Source: Candidatus Cloacimonadales bacterium
GTDB lineage: Bacteria > Cloacimonadota > Cloacimonadia > Cloacimonadales > JAFGVF01
DNA length: 64,000 nucleotides
Direction: 5' to 3'
NCBI GenBank assembly: GCA_963692475.1
Contig: OY829950.1
Coordinates: forward strand, 2,520,504-2,584,503
A program made the translations under genes and the position numbers. The notes below the pieces were generated by a model. That model searched no databases. It saw only the letters and a program-made list of their open reading frames with translations, and was not told the DNA's origin. Below, piece after piece: positions 1 to 8,931 of this stretch (its first letter is position 1; each line of letters opens with the position of its first letter).

Positions 1-1
1 A

Positions 2-1882
2 CAACTGGCAAGAAATCTTTTTTTAAGCCATGAACGTTCATGGATAAGAAAGATAAAAGAAGCAATGGTTACTTTACTGATTGAAAAAGAGTTCTCTAAA
101 GAAGAGATTATGGAAATCTATTTCAATAAAGTTTATATCGGTGAAGGTGTTTATGGGGTTGGAAGAGCTTCGCTGTATTATTTTGGTAAAAAAGTAGAAG
201 AACTGTCGATAGCAGAAGCAGCAACTTTAGTTGGTATGTTACAAAGACCAAACTACTTCAATCCTCGAAAAAGAGTTGAAAGAACAAGAGAGAGAAGAAA
301 TTTAGTCCTTTACAGAATGTATCAGACTAATAAGATTTCTAAAAAAGAATATCAAAGAGAAAAAGCAACTCCTTTAGTTTGTGTTGAACGTCAATTCGAT
401 GAATTAAACTCTTTTTACCTCTATTACATTGGCAATGAATTAGTTAAAAAATATGGGAAAAAAGCTCTTTATGAAGATGGATTATCAATTCATTTAACTT
501 TGGACTGGGATTTAACAGAGTATGCAGATACTTTGCTTAATAATCAACTAACAAAAATTGAAAGAGAAAAGGGTTATGAAATTAAATATTCTGACTATGA
601 CCCTGATGTTACTGATATAAAAACTCCTTATATTCAAGGAGGAATATTATTACTTGATGCTAAAACTGGTCATGTAAAAACAATGTTAGGTGGTAGGAAT
701 TTTAAGCATTCTAAGCTTAACAGAATAATGCAATCACGTCGTCAAGTAGGTTCTTCTATCAAACCAATTCTCTATACTTCAGCTTTGGAAAACGGTTATA
801 CTGCTTCGACTGTTATTAGAGATGATGATTTTAAGATTAGAATGTTCGGTTGGGATAAGATTCCTCATTTAGAGGATGCTCCAGACTCATTATTGGCTGA
901 CTCTACCTATGTAGATTCTTTAAAAAAATTAGAGAAAAAATATCTCTACTCACCTTCCAATTATACAAAAACTAAAGGTGGTTACATAACCCTGAGAAAG
1001 GCAATCAAAAATTCTTTCAACATTTATGCAGTAAAAACTATGTATGATGTTGGGAAAGTAAAGATAGCTAAAAAGGCTGAAATGTTTGGGATAAAAGTTC
1101 CCCCTTATTACTCATCTGCACTTGGTACACCTGAATTAAAGCCTATTGATATGATTACTGCTTTTACAGCCTTTCCTAACCAAGGAAGAAGAGTAAAACC
1201 TATTTTCATAGATCGGGTTTATGACAAATATGGGAACTTATTAGAATCATCTACAACTGAAACAATTCAGGTATGTGAACCTGATGTTGCTTATATTATG
1301 TCGGATTTGATGAAGTCTGTTACAAGACCAGGTGGTACAGCAGGCTCTTCCTTTAGTAGTCCAGAGAATAAAGCAATTTATCCATGGGAATCTGCTGGTA
1401 AAACAGGTACTACAGATGATTATAAGGATGCTTGGTTTATTGGTATGAATGGTAAGTATGTTATAGGAATTTGGGCTGGTTTTGATAACTATTCAGTATT
1501 AAGTGGAGATTCTTTAACTGTAAAATTTGATACTTTAGGACATAAAATAGATGGAATTGGTCACGGTGTTGGTGGTGGTTATGCTTGTGCTCCGATAGCA
1601 AGTAGAATCTTATCTAGATTGATAGTAAATGATAATGGTGGAAATATGCCTCCAGCAGATGACCCTCGATATTCTTTTAAGAAACCTGATAGTATTGTTG
1701 AGGCTTATGTTGACCCTGTAACTGGTTTTAGAATATGGGATAAGAGCCAAGGAATAAAAGAAGTATTCTCAACAAACTTCCCTTTACCTCAGTTCCAAAT
1801 ACCTGGTTTAAAGTATAATTTCCCTCCACGCTATAGATACGATGACCCCAGTCCTATGATTGTAGATGAACTAAACAATTAG
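2..1882 (+). CDS. Class A penicillin-binding protein (PBP1A-type, GT51 transglycosylase + transpeptidase), 5' end cut by window edge
   Basis: The frame is open from nt 2 (QLARNLFLSHERSWIRKIKEA) upstream of the track's Met. GT51-type region (EKEFSKEEIMEIYFNKVYIGEGVYG, RPNYFNP) is followed by transpeptidase motifs SSIK (SxxK), SFN (SxN) and KTGTT. Confidence 0.9.
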   Translation, partial: QLARNLFLSHERSWIRKIKEAMVTLLIEKEFSKEEIMEIYFNKVYIGEGVYGVGRASLYYFGKKVEELSIAEAATLVGMLQRPNYFNPRKRVERTRERRNLVLYRMYQTNKISKKEYQREKATPLVCVERQFDELNSFYLYYIGNELVKKYGKKALYEDGLSIHLTLDWDLTEYADTLLNNQLTKIEREKGYEIKYSDYDPDVTDIKTPYIQGGILLLDAKTGHVKTMLGGRNFKHSKLNRIMQSRRQVGSSIKPILYTSALENGYTASTVIRDDDFKIRMFGWDKIPHLEDAPDSLLADSTYVDSLKKLEKKYLYSPSNYTKTKGGYITLRKAIKNSFNIYAVKTMYDVGKVKIAKKAEMFGIKVPPYYSSALGTPELKPIDMITAFTAFPNQGRRVKPIFIDRVYDKYGNLLESSTTETIQVCEPDVAYIMSDLMKSVTRPGGTAGSSFSSPENKAIYPWESAGKTGTTDDYKDAWFIGMNGKYVIGIWAGFDNYSVLSGDSLTVKFDTLGHKIDGIGHGVGGGYACAPIASRILSRLIVNDNGGNMPPADDPRYSFKKPDSIVEAYVDPVTGFRIWDKSQGIKEVFSTNFPLPQFQIPGLKYNFPPRYRYDDPSPMIVDELNN

Positions 1883-1891
1883 GAGCATTCA

Positions 1892-3052
1892 ATGCTAACA
1901 ACAATAATCGTTTACACAACATTGATTGCAGGATTTCTCTATTTTTTATTAGCTGCAACTTACTCATGGTCTTTTAACCATTTAAAGAGGAAAAGAAGTT
2001 TTAAAAAAAGATTAGTGTCTGTGATCATTGCCTGCCGGAATGAAGAGGAAACCCTGCCACGATTATTGACCTTGTTAGTTAATCAAACTTATCCTCAAGA
2101 CTTATATGAGGTTATTGTTGCCAATGATGATTCTGATGATAAATCTGAAGACATACTCAGAAAATTCTCAGAAAAATTCAAAGTAATAAATTACTTCAAT
2201 GTAAAGGATAGAAATTTAGCAGTAAGTCCTAAGAAAAATGCCTTATCACAGGCAATTACAAGATCAAAAGGAGAGATATTACTTCTTACAGATGCAGACT
2301 GTTTTCCTAAAAGTACATGGATAGAATCAATGGTACAAGGTTTTGCTGATGATGTATCTATGCTTGCTGGCTATTCATCGACTGAGATAGACTGGAAAAA
2401 AGCTTCATTTGTTCAGAAGTTTGAACATATAGATTTACTTTGTCTTTATATAGGCTTGGCTGGTGGCTTTGCAATGGGAAAACAATTTACAGCTATTGGT
2501 CAGAATTTAGCTTATACCAGAGCTGCTTATGAGCAAGTAGGAGGATTCTCCAAGATAAATCACTTGGTTTCCGGGGATGACTGTAATTTTCTACAACTAT
2601 TAAGAAAAGAGGGATTGAAGATAAAATTCAATTTTGATGAAGATAGTTTTGTAAAAACCAAACCTATCCTTAGTTGGAGGAAATTATTCAACCAACATAG
2701 CCGTTGGTTCTCTAATCTAAAATTAATGTTTAGGCTAAATACTGAGTTTTTTCTAATCTTAACCGCCTTATTCATCTATTATGTAGGAATTGTGATAACT
2801 TTATTCATTGATTGGCGAATATTCTTGTTTGCTCTTGCTTTGAAGTTTATCGGCGAAGTTCAAATGTTTTATTTCTCATACCCAGTATTTAAAGTCCATA
2901 GAAGATTAATTTGGTTCTATCCTGTTTGGATGGTTATTCAAACAATATTTAATATTTTGACAATATTTATAGGTCAATTTAATTGGTTTATATGGCATGG
3001 AAAAAAGCAAAAAATTGCAAAAAGGAATAATGATGAAGTACTTGATAGTTGA
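1892..3052 (+). CDS. Family 2 glycosyltransferase, membrane-embedded (N-terminal and C-terminal TM segments)
   Basis: VSVIIACRNEE...ANDDSDD...LLLTDADC (DxD-type) and QHSRW-like motif; hydrophobic N and C termini; AGGAG SD 6 nt upstream of the ATG. Confidence 0.8.
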   Translation: MLTTIIVYTTLIAGFLYFLLAATYSWSFNHLKRKRSFKKRLVSVIIACRNEEETLPRLLTLLVNQTYPQDLYEVIVANDDSDDKSEDILRKFSEKFKVINYFNVKDRNLAVSPKKNALSQAITRSKGEILLLTDADCFPKSTWIESMVQGFADDVSMLAGYSSTEIDWKKASFVQKFEHIDLLCLYIGLAGGFAMGKQFTAIGQNLAYTRAAYEQVGGFSKINHLVSGDDCNFLQLLRKEGLKIKFNFDEDSFVKTKPILSWRKLFNQHSRWFSNLKLMFRLNTEFFLILTALFIYYVGIVITLFIDWRIFLFALALKFIGEVQMFYFSYPVFKVHRRLIWFYPVWMVIQTIFNILTIFIGQFNWFIWHGKKQKIAKRNNDEVLDS

Positions 3053-4106
3053 TGATTTAGATTTTAATTTCTCAAATGTTTCCCCTCTTCGTTCTCAGCT
3101 GGAAATTAGAGCGGGTATCTTGAAGTTAAGGCAGAAAATTGAAGGTTATTTGGGAATAGAAGAAGTTAACCTAATTATTGATAAAAAAATTGAAGAATTA
3201 TATACAGAAAGATTTAATGATAAGAATATTAATAAATTACCGCAAGGGGATATTTGTTTCCTAAATGGTAGAATAAAGATAAATGAAGAGATAGCAGATA
3301 TTATTATGAATCAGAAAGTTAACTCTGTTATTCAAAATAAAGAAAATTGCATAATATCTGTAAAACTAACAAATCAAAAATCAATCTATTGTGATAGTCA
3401 CGACTTTCTTAAAATGGATTTTTCTTATCTCCCTAAGCAAATTGAAGATATCCAATTGTGGAAAACAATAGATGAAATCATTTTAGCTAATGGAAAACTA
3501 ATACAAGAAGATTACACAGATTTTTTCTATGATAAAGATAACTATTCTGAAACTGAGCAGGGTGTAACAATAATTAATCCTTATAATGTCTGGATTGGTG
3601 AAGGAGCTGTTCTGAAACATGGAGCAGTTTTAGATGCTTCACAAGGACCAATTATAATTGATGAAGATGCTATCATTGGAATTAACACTTCTATTGAAGG
3701 ACCAGCTTATATTGGCAAGAAGACACAGTTACAAGCCTCCACTTTAATCCGTGGGGGGACATCAATAGGAAAAGGATGTGATATTGGTGGGGAGATAGTA
3801 GCTTCAATCATCCAAGGATTCGCTTCAAAACCTTTTAAAGGAACTCTTCATAAGTGCTATGTTGGTGAATGGACAAAATTTGAAGCAGGAATAACTATAG
3901 ATTCTGATTTCTTTGACTCAGAACGAGTTACTATAATTAGAGATTATTCCCTTTCATTTCTTTTTAGTAATAGCTCAGCTGAGAATATTTGTCAATATCA
4001 AGAGATACGAAAATCAAAATTAGAAGCTATGAAGTTTGACAAAAATATTAGCTTCAGTAAAATAGAACACAAGCTTCTAAAACAATATTTAAATGAGGAA
4101 ATTTAA
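3030..4106 (+). CDS. GlmU-like putative sugar nucleotidyltransferase with left-handed beta-helix (hexapeptide repeats); resembles the 'alt_bact_glmU' family
   Basis: N-terminus MMKYLIVDD...LRSQLEIRAGILKLRQKIEGYLG, and C-terminal hexapeptide-type repeats (IGEGAVLKHGAVLD, IIDEDAIIGINTSIEG, IGKKTQL, IGKGCDIGGE). Start moved to the internal MMKYL; the track ORF starts at 2997 inside the upstream gene. Confidence 0.6.
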   Translation: MMKYLIVDDLDFNFSNVSPLRSQLEIRAGILKLRQKIEGYLGIEEVNLIIDKKIEELYTERFNDKNINKLPQGDICFLNGRIKINEEIADIIMNQKVNSVIQNKENCIISVKLTNQKSIYCDSHDFLKMDFSYLPKQIEDIQLWKTIDEIILANGKLIQEDYTDFFYDKDNYSETEQGVTIINPYNVWIGEGAVLKHGAVLDASQGPIIIDEDAIIGINTSIEGPAYIGKKTQLQASTLIRGGTSIGKGCDIGGEIVASIIQGFASKPFKGTLHKCYVGEWTKFEAGITIDSDFFDSERVTIIRDYSLSFLFSNSSAENICQYQEIRKSKLEAMKFDKNISFSKIEHKLLKQYLNEEI

Positions 4107-4969
4107 TGACAAAATATATAGAGATTGAATTTAGATCAGGTAAGATAGCCTATATTAAAGTTGATCATGAATTAGAACTTAGACCTGATGATTCAATTAT
4201 TATTGAAGTCGAACGTGGTATCGATTTTTGTAACATCCTAAGTACCCATGTACCTGAAGAACAAGTCCAAAAACTTAAAAGTGAATATAAAGAATATCAA
4301 TATGTCAGAATGGTGGAAGAACATGATTTAAAAGCCTTAGATATTATTCAAAACAAAGAAGACAAAGCAAGTGCTACTTTCTTAGAAATTCTTGCTAAAT
4401 ATGAATTTGATATGAAGTTAATTAGTACTGTATATCAATATGATGGTAACAAGTTAACTTTCAATTTTACAGCTGATGGAAGAATTGATTTTAGGCTATT
4501 TGTTCGCGAGTTAGCGAATATCTTCAAAACAAGAATAGAACTTCACCAAACAACCGGAAGAGATGAAGCTAAACTTCTTGGTGGCTATGGAATGTGTGGC
4601 AAAGTATATTGCTGTGCTTCATTTATGAGAAAATTTAATCAAGTTACAATTAAAATGGCTAAAGACCAGAACTTAGCTGGCAATTTATCAAAAATATCTG
4701 GTCCTTGTGGAAGATTGTTATGTTGTCTTCAATTTGAAGAAGACTATTATGAAGAGATAGCTAAAGATTTTCCTGTTATTGGTACTAAAGCTCTTTTAAA
4801 CAAACAGATGTGGTATGTCTTTAAAAATGATTATTACAATAAGAAAGTATATCTCTCAGCAGAAGACCAATCTATGGATATAATTAGTTTGGATGATTTT
4901 AAAAAACAAGCAAAAATAAAGTATGTGCCAGATGACGATGACATCAGTTCAATCCCCGGAAGTTATTAA
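4106..4969 (+). CDS. PSP1 domain protein (RicT/YaaT family)
   Basis: Characteristic Cys-rich PSP1 C-terminal region GGYGMCGKVYCCASFM...ISGPCGRLLCCLQFE; start overlaps the upstream stop (TAATG). Confidence 0.85.
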   Translation: MTKYIEIEFRSGKIAYIKVDHELELRPDDSIIIEVERGIDFCNILSTHVPEEQVQKLKSEYKEYQYVRMVEEHDLKALDIIQNKEDKASATFLEILAKYEFDMKLISTVYQYDGNKLTFNFTADGRIDFRLFVRELANIFKTRIELHQTTGRDEAKLLGGYGMCGKVYCCASFMRKFNQVTIKMAKDQNLAGNLSKISGPCGRLLCCLQFEEDYYEEIAKDFPVIGTKALLNKQMWYVFKNDYYNKKVYLSAEDQSMDIISLDDFKKQAKIKYVPDDDDISSIPGSY

Positions 4970-5981
4970 TTTCTTAGACTTAACTCCTACACAAGTTTAT
5001 CAAACTATTAAGGAATTAGGTCAAAGCAAATTTCGAGCTACTCAAGTTTTAGATTGGGTCTATGGAAAACAAGTTTATGATTTCCAAGAAATGTTAAACT
5101 TATCAAAAGATTTGAGGACCCTGCTCAAGCAAAGATTTAGGTTATTCTTACCTAAAGTTATTGAATCATTCAAATCTGAAGATGGTTCTGTAAAATTCTT
5201 ATTAGAACTATGGGATAATTCTCGGATAGAGATGATTCTTATGCCTTCTGAAAAGAGTGCAACTCTCTGCATTTCCTCTCAAGTTGGATGTGCCAGAAAA
5301 TGCAAATTCTGTGCAACAGGTAAGTTAGGTTTAACTCGTAATCTTCTTACTTCTGAGATTGTTGGTCAATTGCTTCTTGCCAGAAAATACATAAAAAATA
5401 GAAAATTAACTAATGTAGTATTTATGGGTATGGGCGAACCTCTTGATAACTATGATAATGTTATCCATGCAGTTAGAATATTTACAGATGAGAGTGCTAT
5501 AAACCTAAGTTCGCGAAAAATTACCATCTCAACTTGTGGAGTGATTCCCAAAATAAATCTGTTAGCAAATGAAGATGTGAAAGTAAAATTAGCTGTTTCC
5601 CTTAATGCTGTACTCGATGCTAAAAGAGATTCAATAATGCCAATTAACAAAATCTTTCCATTAGCTGAGTTGAAGAAAGCACTATTGGATTTTAGACATA
5701 AAACCTCTTATAAAATTACTTTCGAATATGTTATGATTAAGAATTTTAATATAGGTAATGATGATGTTCGTGCACTGTTGAAATTTTTAGGAGACCAATC
5801 CTGCAAATTAAATCTAATTGCTTGGAATCCAGTGCTTGGACTTGACTATGAGGCACCAAACCAGAATGAAATTGAAGAGTTTAAAGCAAAGCTATCTCAA
5901 CTACAATGTCCTATTATTCAACGTGATAGTAGAGGTAATGATATAAATGGTGCGTGTGGTCAGTTAGCTGGGAAAATTTGA
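4923..5981 (+). CDS. rlmN: 23S rRNA/tRNA (adenine-C2)-methyltransferase RlmN (radical SAM)
   Basis: KFRATQVLDWVY N-terminal motif, radical-SAM CxxxCxxC (CARKCKFC), GMGEPLDN, C-terminal GACGQL. The exact start among Met1/4/6 is uncertain (it overlaps the PSP1 gene end). Confidence 0.9.
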   Translation: MCQMTMTSVQSPEVINFLDLTPTQVYQTIKELGQSKFRATQVLDWVYGKQVYDFQEMLNLSKDLRTLLKQRFRLFLPKVIESFKSEDGSVKFLLELWDNSRIEMILMPSEKSATLCISSQVGCARKCKFCATGKLGLTRNLLTSEIVGQLLLARKYIKNRKLTNVVFMGMGEPLDNYDNVIHAVRIFTDESAINLSSRKITISTCGVIPKINLLANEDVKVKLAVSLNAVLDAKRDSIMPINKIFPLAELKKALLDFRHKTSYKITFEYVMIKNFNIGNDDVRALLKFLGDQSCKLNLIAWNPVLGLDYEAPNQNEIEEFKAKLSQLQCPIIQRDSRGNDINGACGQLAGKI

Positions 5982-6003
5982 ACATAGAATAAAGAAGATA
6001 AGG

Positions 6004-6807
6004 ATGGAGAAAATGGAAGATATTAAAAATATTGCTATCCAAATATTAGGAATTACAGACCCTAAACCCTGTAAATGTGGGGGAGAACATCAAGTATGTC
6101 TCAATTGTAGAGTATGTAGGGCGAATGAAGAAGATCAATTAGCTACTGATTATGATCACTTAGCTCAGTATATTGACCATACAATCTTGAAACCAGAAGC
6201 TACAGAAGCGGCAGTAAAGACTCTGTGCCAAGAAGCTGATTTCTATCTTACCAAGTCTGTTTGCGTTAACCCTTCTTATGTCAAATTAGCTCATGGGCAA
6301 CTAACAAAGGTTTTAACTTGCTCTGTAGTTGGTTTCCCTCTATCGAATTCGGTAACAAATACTATAATTGCAGAAACAAAACAAGCAATTCAGGATGGTG
6401 CTAAAGAAATAGATATGGTAATTAAAGTTTCCTGGCTTAAAGATAAAGATTATCAAAGTGTATTAAGCGAAATATCTGCAATTTCTCAAGTTTGTAGTGA
6501 ACATGGTGCAATTCTTAAAGTGATATTTGAAAACTGCCTTTTAACAAAGGAAGAAATAATTATTTCTGCAATCTTATCTAAAAAAGCCGGAGCAGAATTC
6601 ATAAAAACATCCACAGGATTTAATAAGAGTGGAGCAATATTAGAAGACGTTGCACTTATGAGAAAAGTAGTAGGACCAAAATTGGGTGTTAAGGCTGCAG
6701 GTGGAATAAGAGACCGTGTTACTGCAAAGGCTATGCTCAAAGCTGGAGCTAATAGAATAGGTGCAAGTGCTACTGTTGAAATCTTAAAGGAAGAATATGA
6801 AGATTAA
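6004..6807 (+). CDS. deoC: Deoxyribose-phosphate aldolase with ~55-aa Cys-rich N-terminal extension
   Basis: YIDHTILKPEAT, DMVI, KTSTGF (Schiff-base Lys region) and VKAAGGIR. The DeoC core starts near residue 55 and is preceded by PCKCGGEHQVCLNCRVC. Confidence 0.85.
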   Translation: MEKMEDIKNIAIQILGITDPKPCKCGGEHQVCLNCRVCRANEEDQLATDYDHLAQYIDHTILKPEATEAAVKTLCQEADFYLTKSVCVNPSYVKLAHGQLTKVLTCSVVGFPLSNSVTNTIIAETKQAIQDGAKEIDMVIKVSWLKDKDYQSVLSEISAISQVCSEHGAILKVIFENCLLTKEEIIISAILSKKAGAEFIKTSTGFNKSGAILEDVALMRKVVGPKLGVKAAGGIRDRVTAKAMLKAGANRIGASATVEILKEEYED

Positions 6808-8173
6808 TGTTGCTGGATATAATATAGATAAAAGTTTAATAGACAAATTAGATAAGGTAAAAGCTACTCCAGAAGTTATATCTGCTGCTTATGCCAGAAT
6901 AAGTAGAAGTAAAAAGAATGTAACATCACTGAGAAAAGAAGCCTTATCTGAAGTTGAAAAAGCCAGAAAATCTAATAGTAATATCATCTTTGAGATGGGA
7001 CATAGTTCGATTGCTGAACATGTGGTATTTAATCTTGATTTCTTGGATGTTTCACGTTATTTAACAGAGTTTATCCAGAAGTCTCGTCTTGCTTCTTTTA
7101 CAGAAAAATCACAGCGATATGTTACTTTAACATCAGCTTATTATATACCTACAGAGCTAAGTGATGAAGCAAGAGAAGAGTATATATCTTTAATGGAATA
7201 TCTTTTCTCAAGCTATGAAGAGATGTTTCAGATAGCCAAAAACCAGCTTATTAAAGAGGGCTTCTCAGGCACTCAAAGAGAATTAGAAGGCAAGGCTAAA
7301 GAAGATGCTCGTTATATCTTGCCACTATCAACGCAAACTCAAATGGGTGTTACTATTAATGCTAGAAGTTTAGAGCGTTTATTAAGAAGATTAGACGGCT
7401 GTGGATTGTCTGAAGGGAAAGAGTTGAAAGAGTTGATAGTTAGTCAAGTAAAAGACATTGCTCCTTCTGTTATCAAATATACTGATGCTGAAGTCTATGA
7501 GAAACTTAGAGATAATATACTAGAACTTCCAACTATAGAAAATAAGTTTCATTGGCAACTTAACAGCCATACACTAAATCCTGATCTGAAAATTCTGGCA
7601 TATTATATTTTTGAGAACTGTGGTGAATCTTTGGATAGTATAGAAAAATATCTTAGCTCCTTATCTTATCATGAGTTAAAAGCAATGTTTAACTCTATTT
7701 TCGAAAATATGAAAGCTTATCATTTACCAATAAAAGCTTTTGAGGTTGCTGATTTTGAATTCCAATTCGATATCTCTGCAAGCTGTTTTGCTCAACTCAA
7801 ACGTCATAGAATGGCAACAATAATTAAATCCCAATATGATGTGAATAATGGTTTTGTAATACCTCCTCAACTTAAATTCTTAAAGCAAACAAAAAGATTC
7901 CAAGATGCTTATGATAAAATATCTAAATTATATTCTAAGATAGATGCTAACATTGCCCCTTATTTACTTACAAATGCACATAGAGTAAAAGTAGTTATGA
8001 AAGCTAATCTGCGTGAACTTTATCACTTTAGCAGGCTTAGGAGTGATAGTCATGCTCAATGGGAAATACAAGAACTTTCTGATTTCTTAATCTCTAAGAT
8101 TCAAGAAGTAGCTCCCTTATCTGCTTCCTTGATGATGGGTAAAGATAAGTTTAATAAGACTATCATAAAATAA
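6797..8173 (+). CDS. thyX: FAD-dependent thymidylate synthase ThyX, single chain with two ThyX-like halves
   Basis: First half: HSSIAEH...VSRYLTEFIQKSRLASFTEKSQRYV...ARYILPL...NARSLERLL. Second half: FAQLKRHRMATIIKSQ...NLRELYHFSRLRSDSHAQWEIQ. At 458 aa it is roughly twice a typical ThyX. Confidence 0.8.
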   Translation: MKINVAGYNIDKSLIDKLDKVKATPEVISAAYARISRSKKNVTSLRKEALSEVEKARKSNSNIIFEMGHSSIAEHVVFNLDFLDVSRYLTEFIQKSRLASFTEKSQRYVTLTSAYYIPTELSDEAREEYISLMEYLFSSYEEMFQIAKNQLIKEGFSGTQRELEGKAKEDARYILPLSTQTQMGVTINARSLERLLRRLDGCGLSEGKELKELIVSQVKDIAPSVIKYTDAEVYEKLRDNILELPTIENKFHWQLNSHTLNPDLKILAYYIFENCGESLDSIEKYLSSLSYHELKAMFNSIFENMKAYHLPIKAFEVADFEFQFDISASCFAQLKRHRMATIIKSQYDVNNGFVIPPQLKFLKQTKRFQDAYDKISKLYSKIDANIAPYLLTNAHRVKVVMKANLRELYHFSRLRSDSHAQWEIQELSDFLISKIQEVAPLSASLMMGKDKFNKTIIK

Positions 8174-8189
8174 AAATTAAAACAATAAC

Positions 8190-8224
8190 TAAGAATGCGG
8201 ATGTTATATCCGCATTCTTACTTT
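8190..8224 (+). terminator. Intrinsic terminator after thyX
   Basis: 13-bp perfect stem TAAGAATGCGGAT / ATCCGCATTCTTA with a 5-nt loop, followed by CTTT. Confidence 0.6.
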
Positions 8225-8265
8225 AAAGACTAGGGTACTATCTCAGATTAACAAGTAATTTATTT

Positions 8266-8708
8266 AGCTCAAGCTCATGTATAGTGGTAAAAAAGAGACT
8301 TTTATTCAAATATATTCATTGTATAGTAGAAAGTTACGAGTTTTAATTTACTGTTTATAGTAAATTTTGATTGAAAATAAGACTCTAATAATAGAGTTTA
8401 TAACAATAGTTAGCTGGCGTGTCCTTTAGTTAATGCATTGTTCTTTTATACAAGATCATATTATGTGTATTGAACTAATATATCTTCACTATCATGTGTC
8501 TGTTGGCACTCAGCTTAGTGGATGGCTTATAGATGCCTAATAAACCCCTAATAAACCCCTAATAAACACCCAATAGACTTTCTGGCATAAAGCAGATAAT
8601 GTAGGATTAGCTTTGCCAAGAACAAAAAGACTTAATGTTGGATGTTAACTGGAAATTCTAAAAGATGTGGTTTATTTATGAAATTTCTACAAGACATGAA
8701 CTTGAGCC
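8266..8708. mobile_element. MITE-A copy 1 (non-autonomous, 443 bp) with terminal inverted repeats and 8-bp TSD
   Basis: Ends are aGCTCAAGcTCATGT and ACATGAACTTGAGCC (13/15 TIR). It is flanked by identical ATTTATTT at 8258-8265 and 8709-8716. It is homologous along its length to 34376-34972. No ORF. Confidence 0.8.
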
Positions 8709-8876
8709 ATTTATTTTGTATAAATAGTACATCTTCTAACATTTTCCTAAATTTATATCAAAAAGATAATTTGCTATATCAATATGATATATAAAAAAAG
8801 ATAGAAATTAAAGAAAATTCATGCTATAAACTTATAAGATTAAGTATAACAATACCATACAATAAATTGAAAAGTT

Positions 8877-8892
8877 TGGAACAGTGGATGCA
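8877..8892 (+). promoter_or_regulatory. Candidate sigma-54 (-24/-12) promoter of the PDZ/beta-barrel gene
   Basis: TGGAAC-AGTGG-ATGCA against consensus TGGCAC-N5-TTGCA, with correct GG-N10-GC spacing. Predicted TSS is near 8903, GGAGG SD at 8922-8926, ATG at 8932. Confidence 0.5.
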
Positions 8893-8931
8893 ATTAAGTA
8901 GTTACAAGAAAAATAAAGTTCGGAGGAAAAA

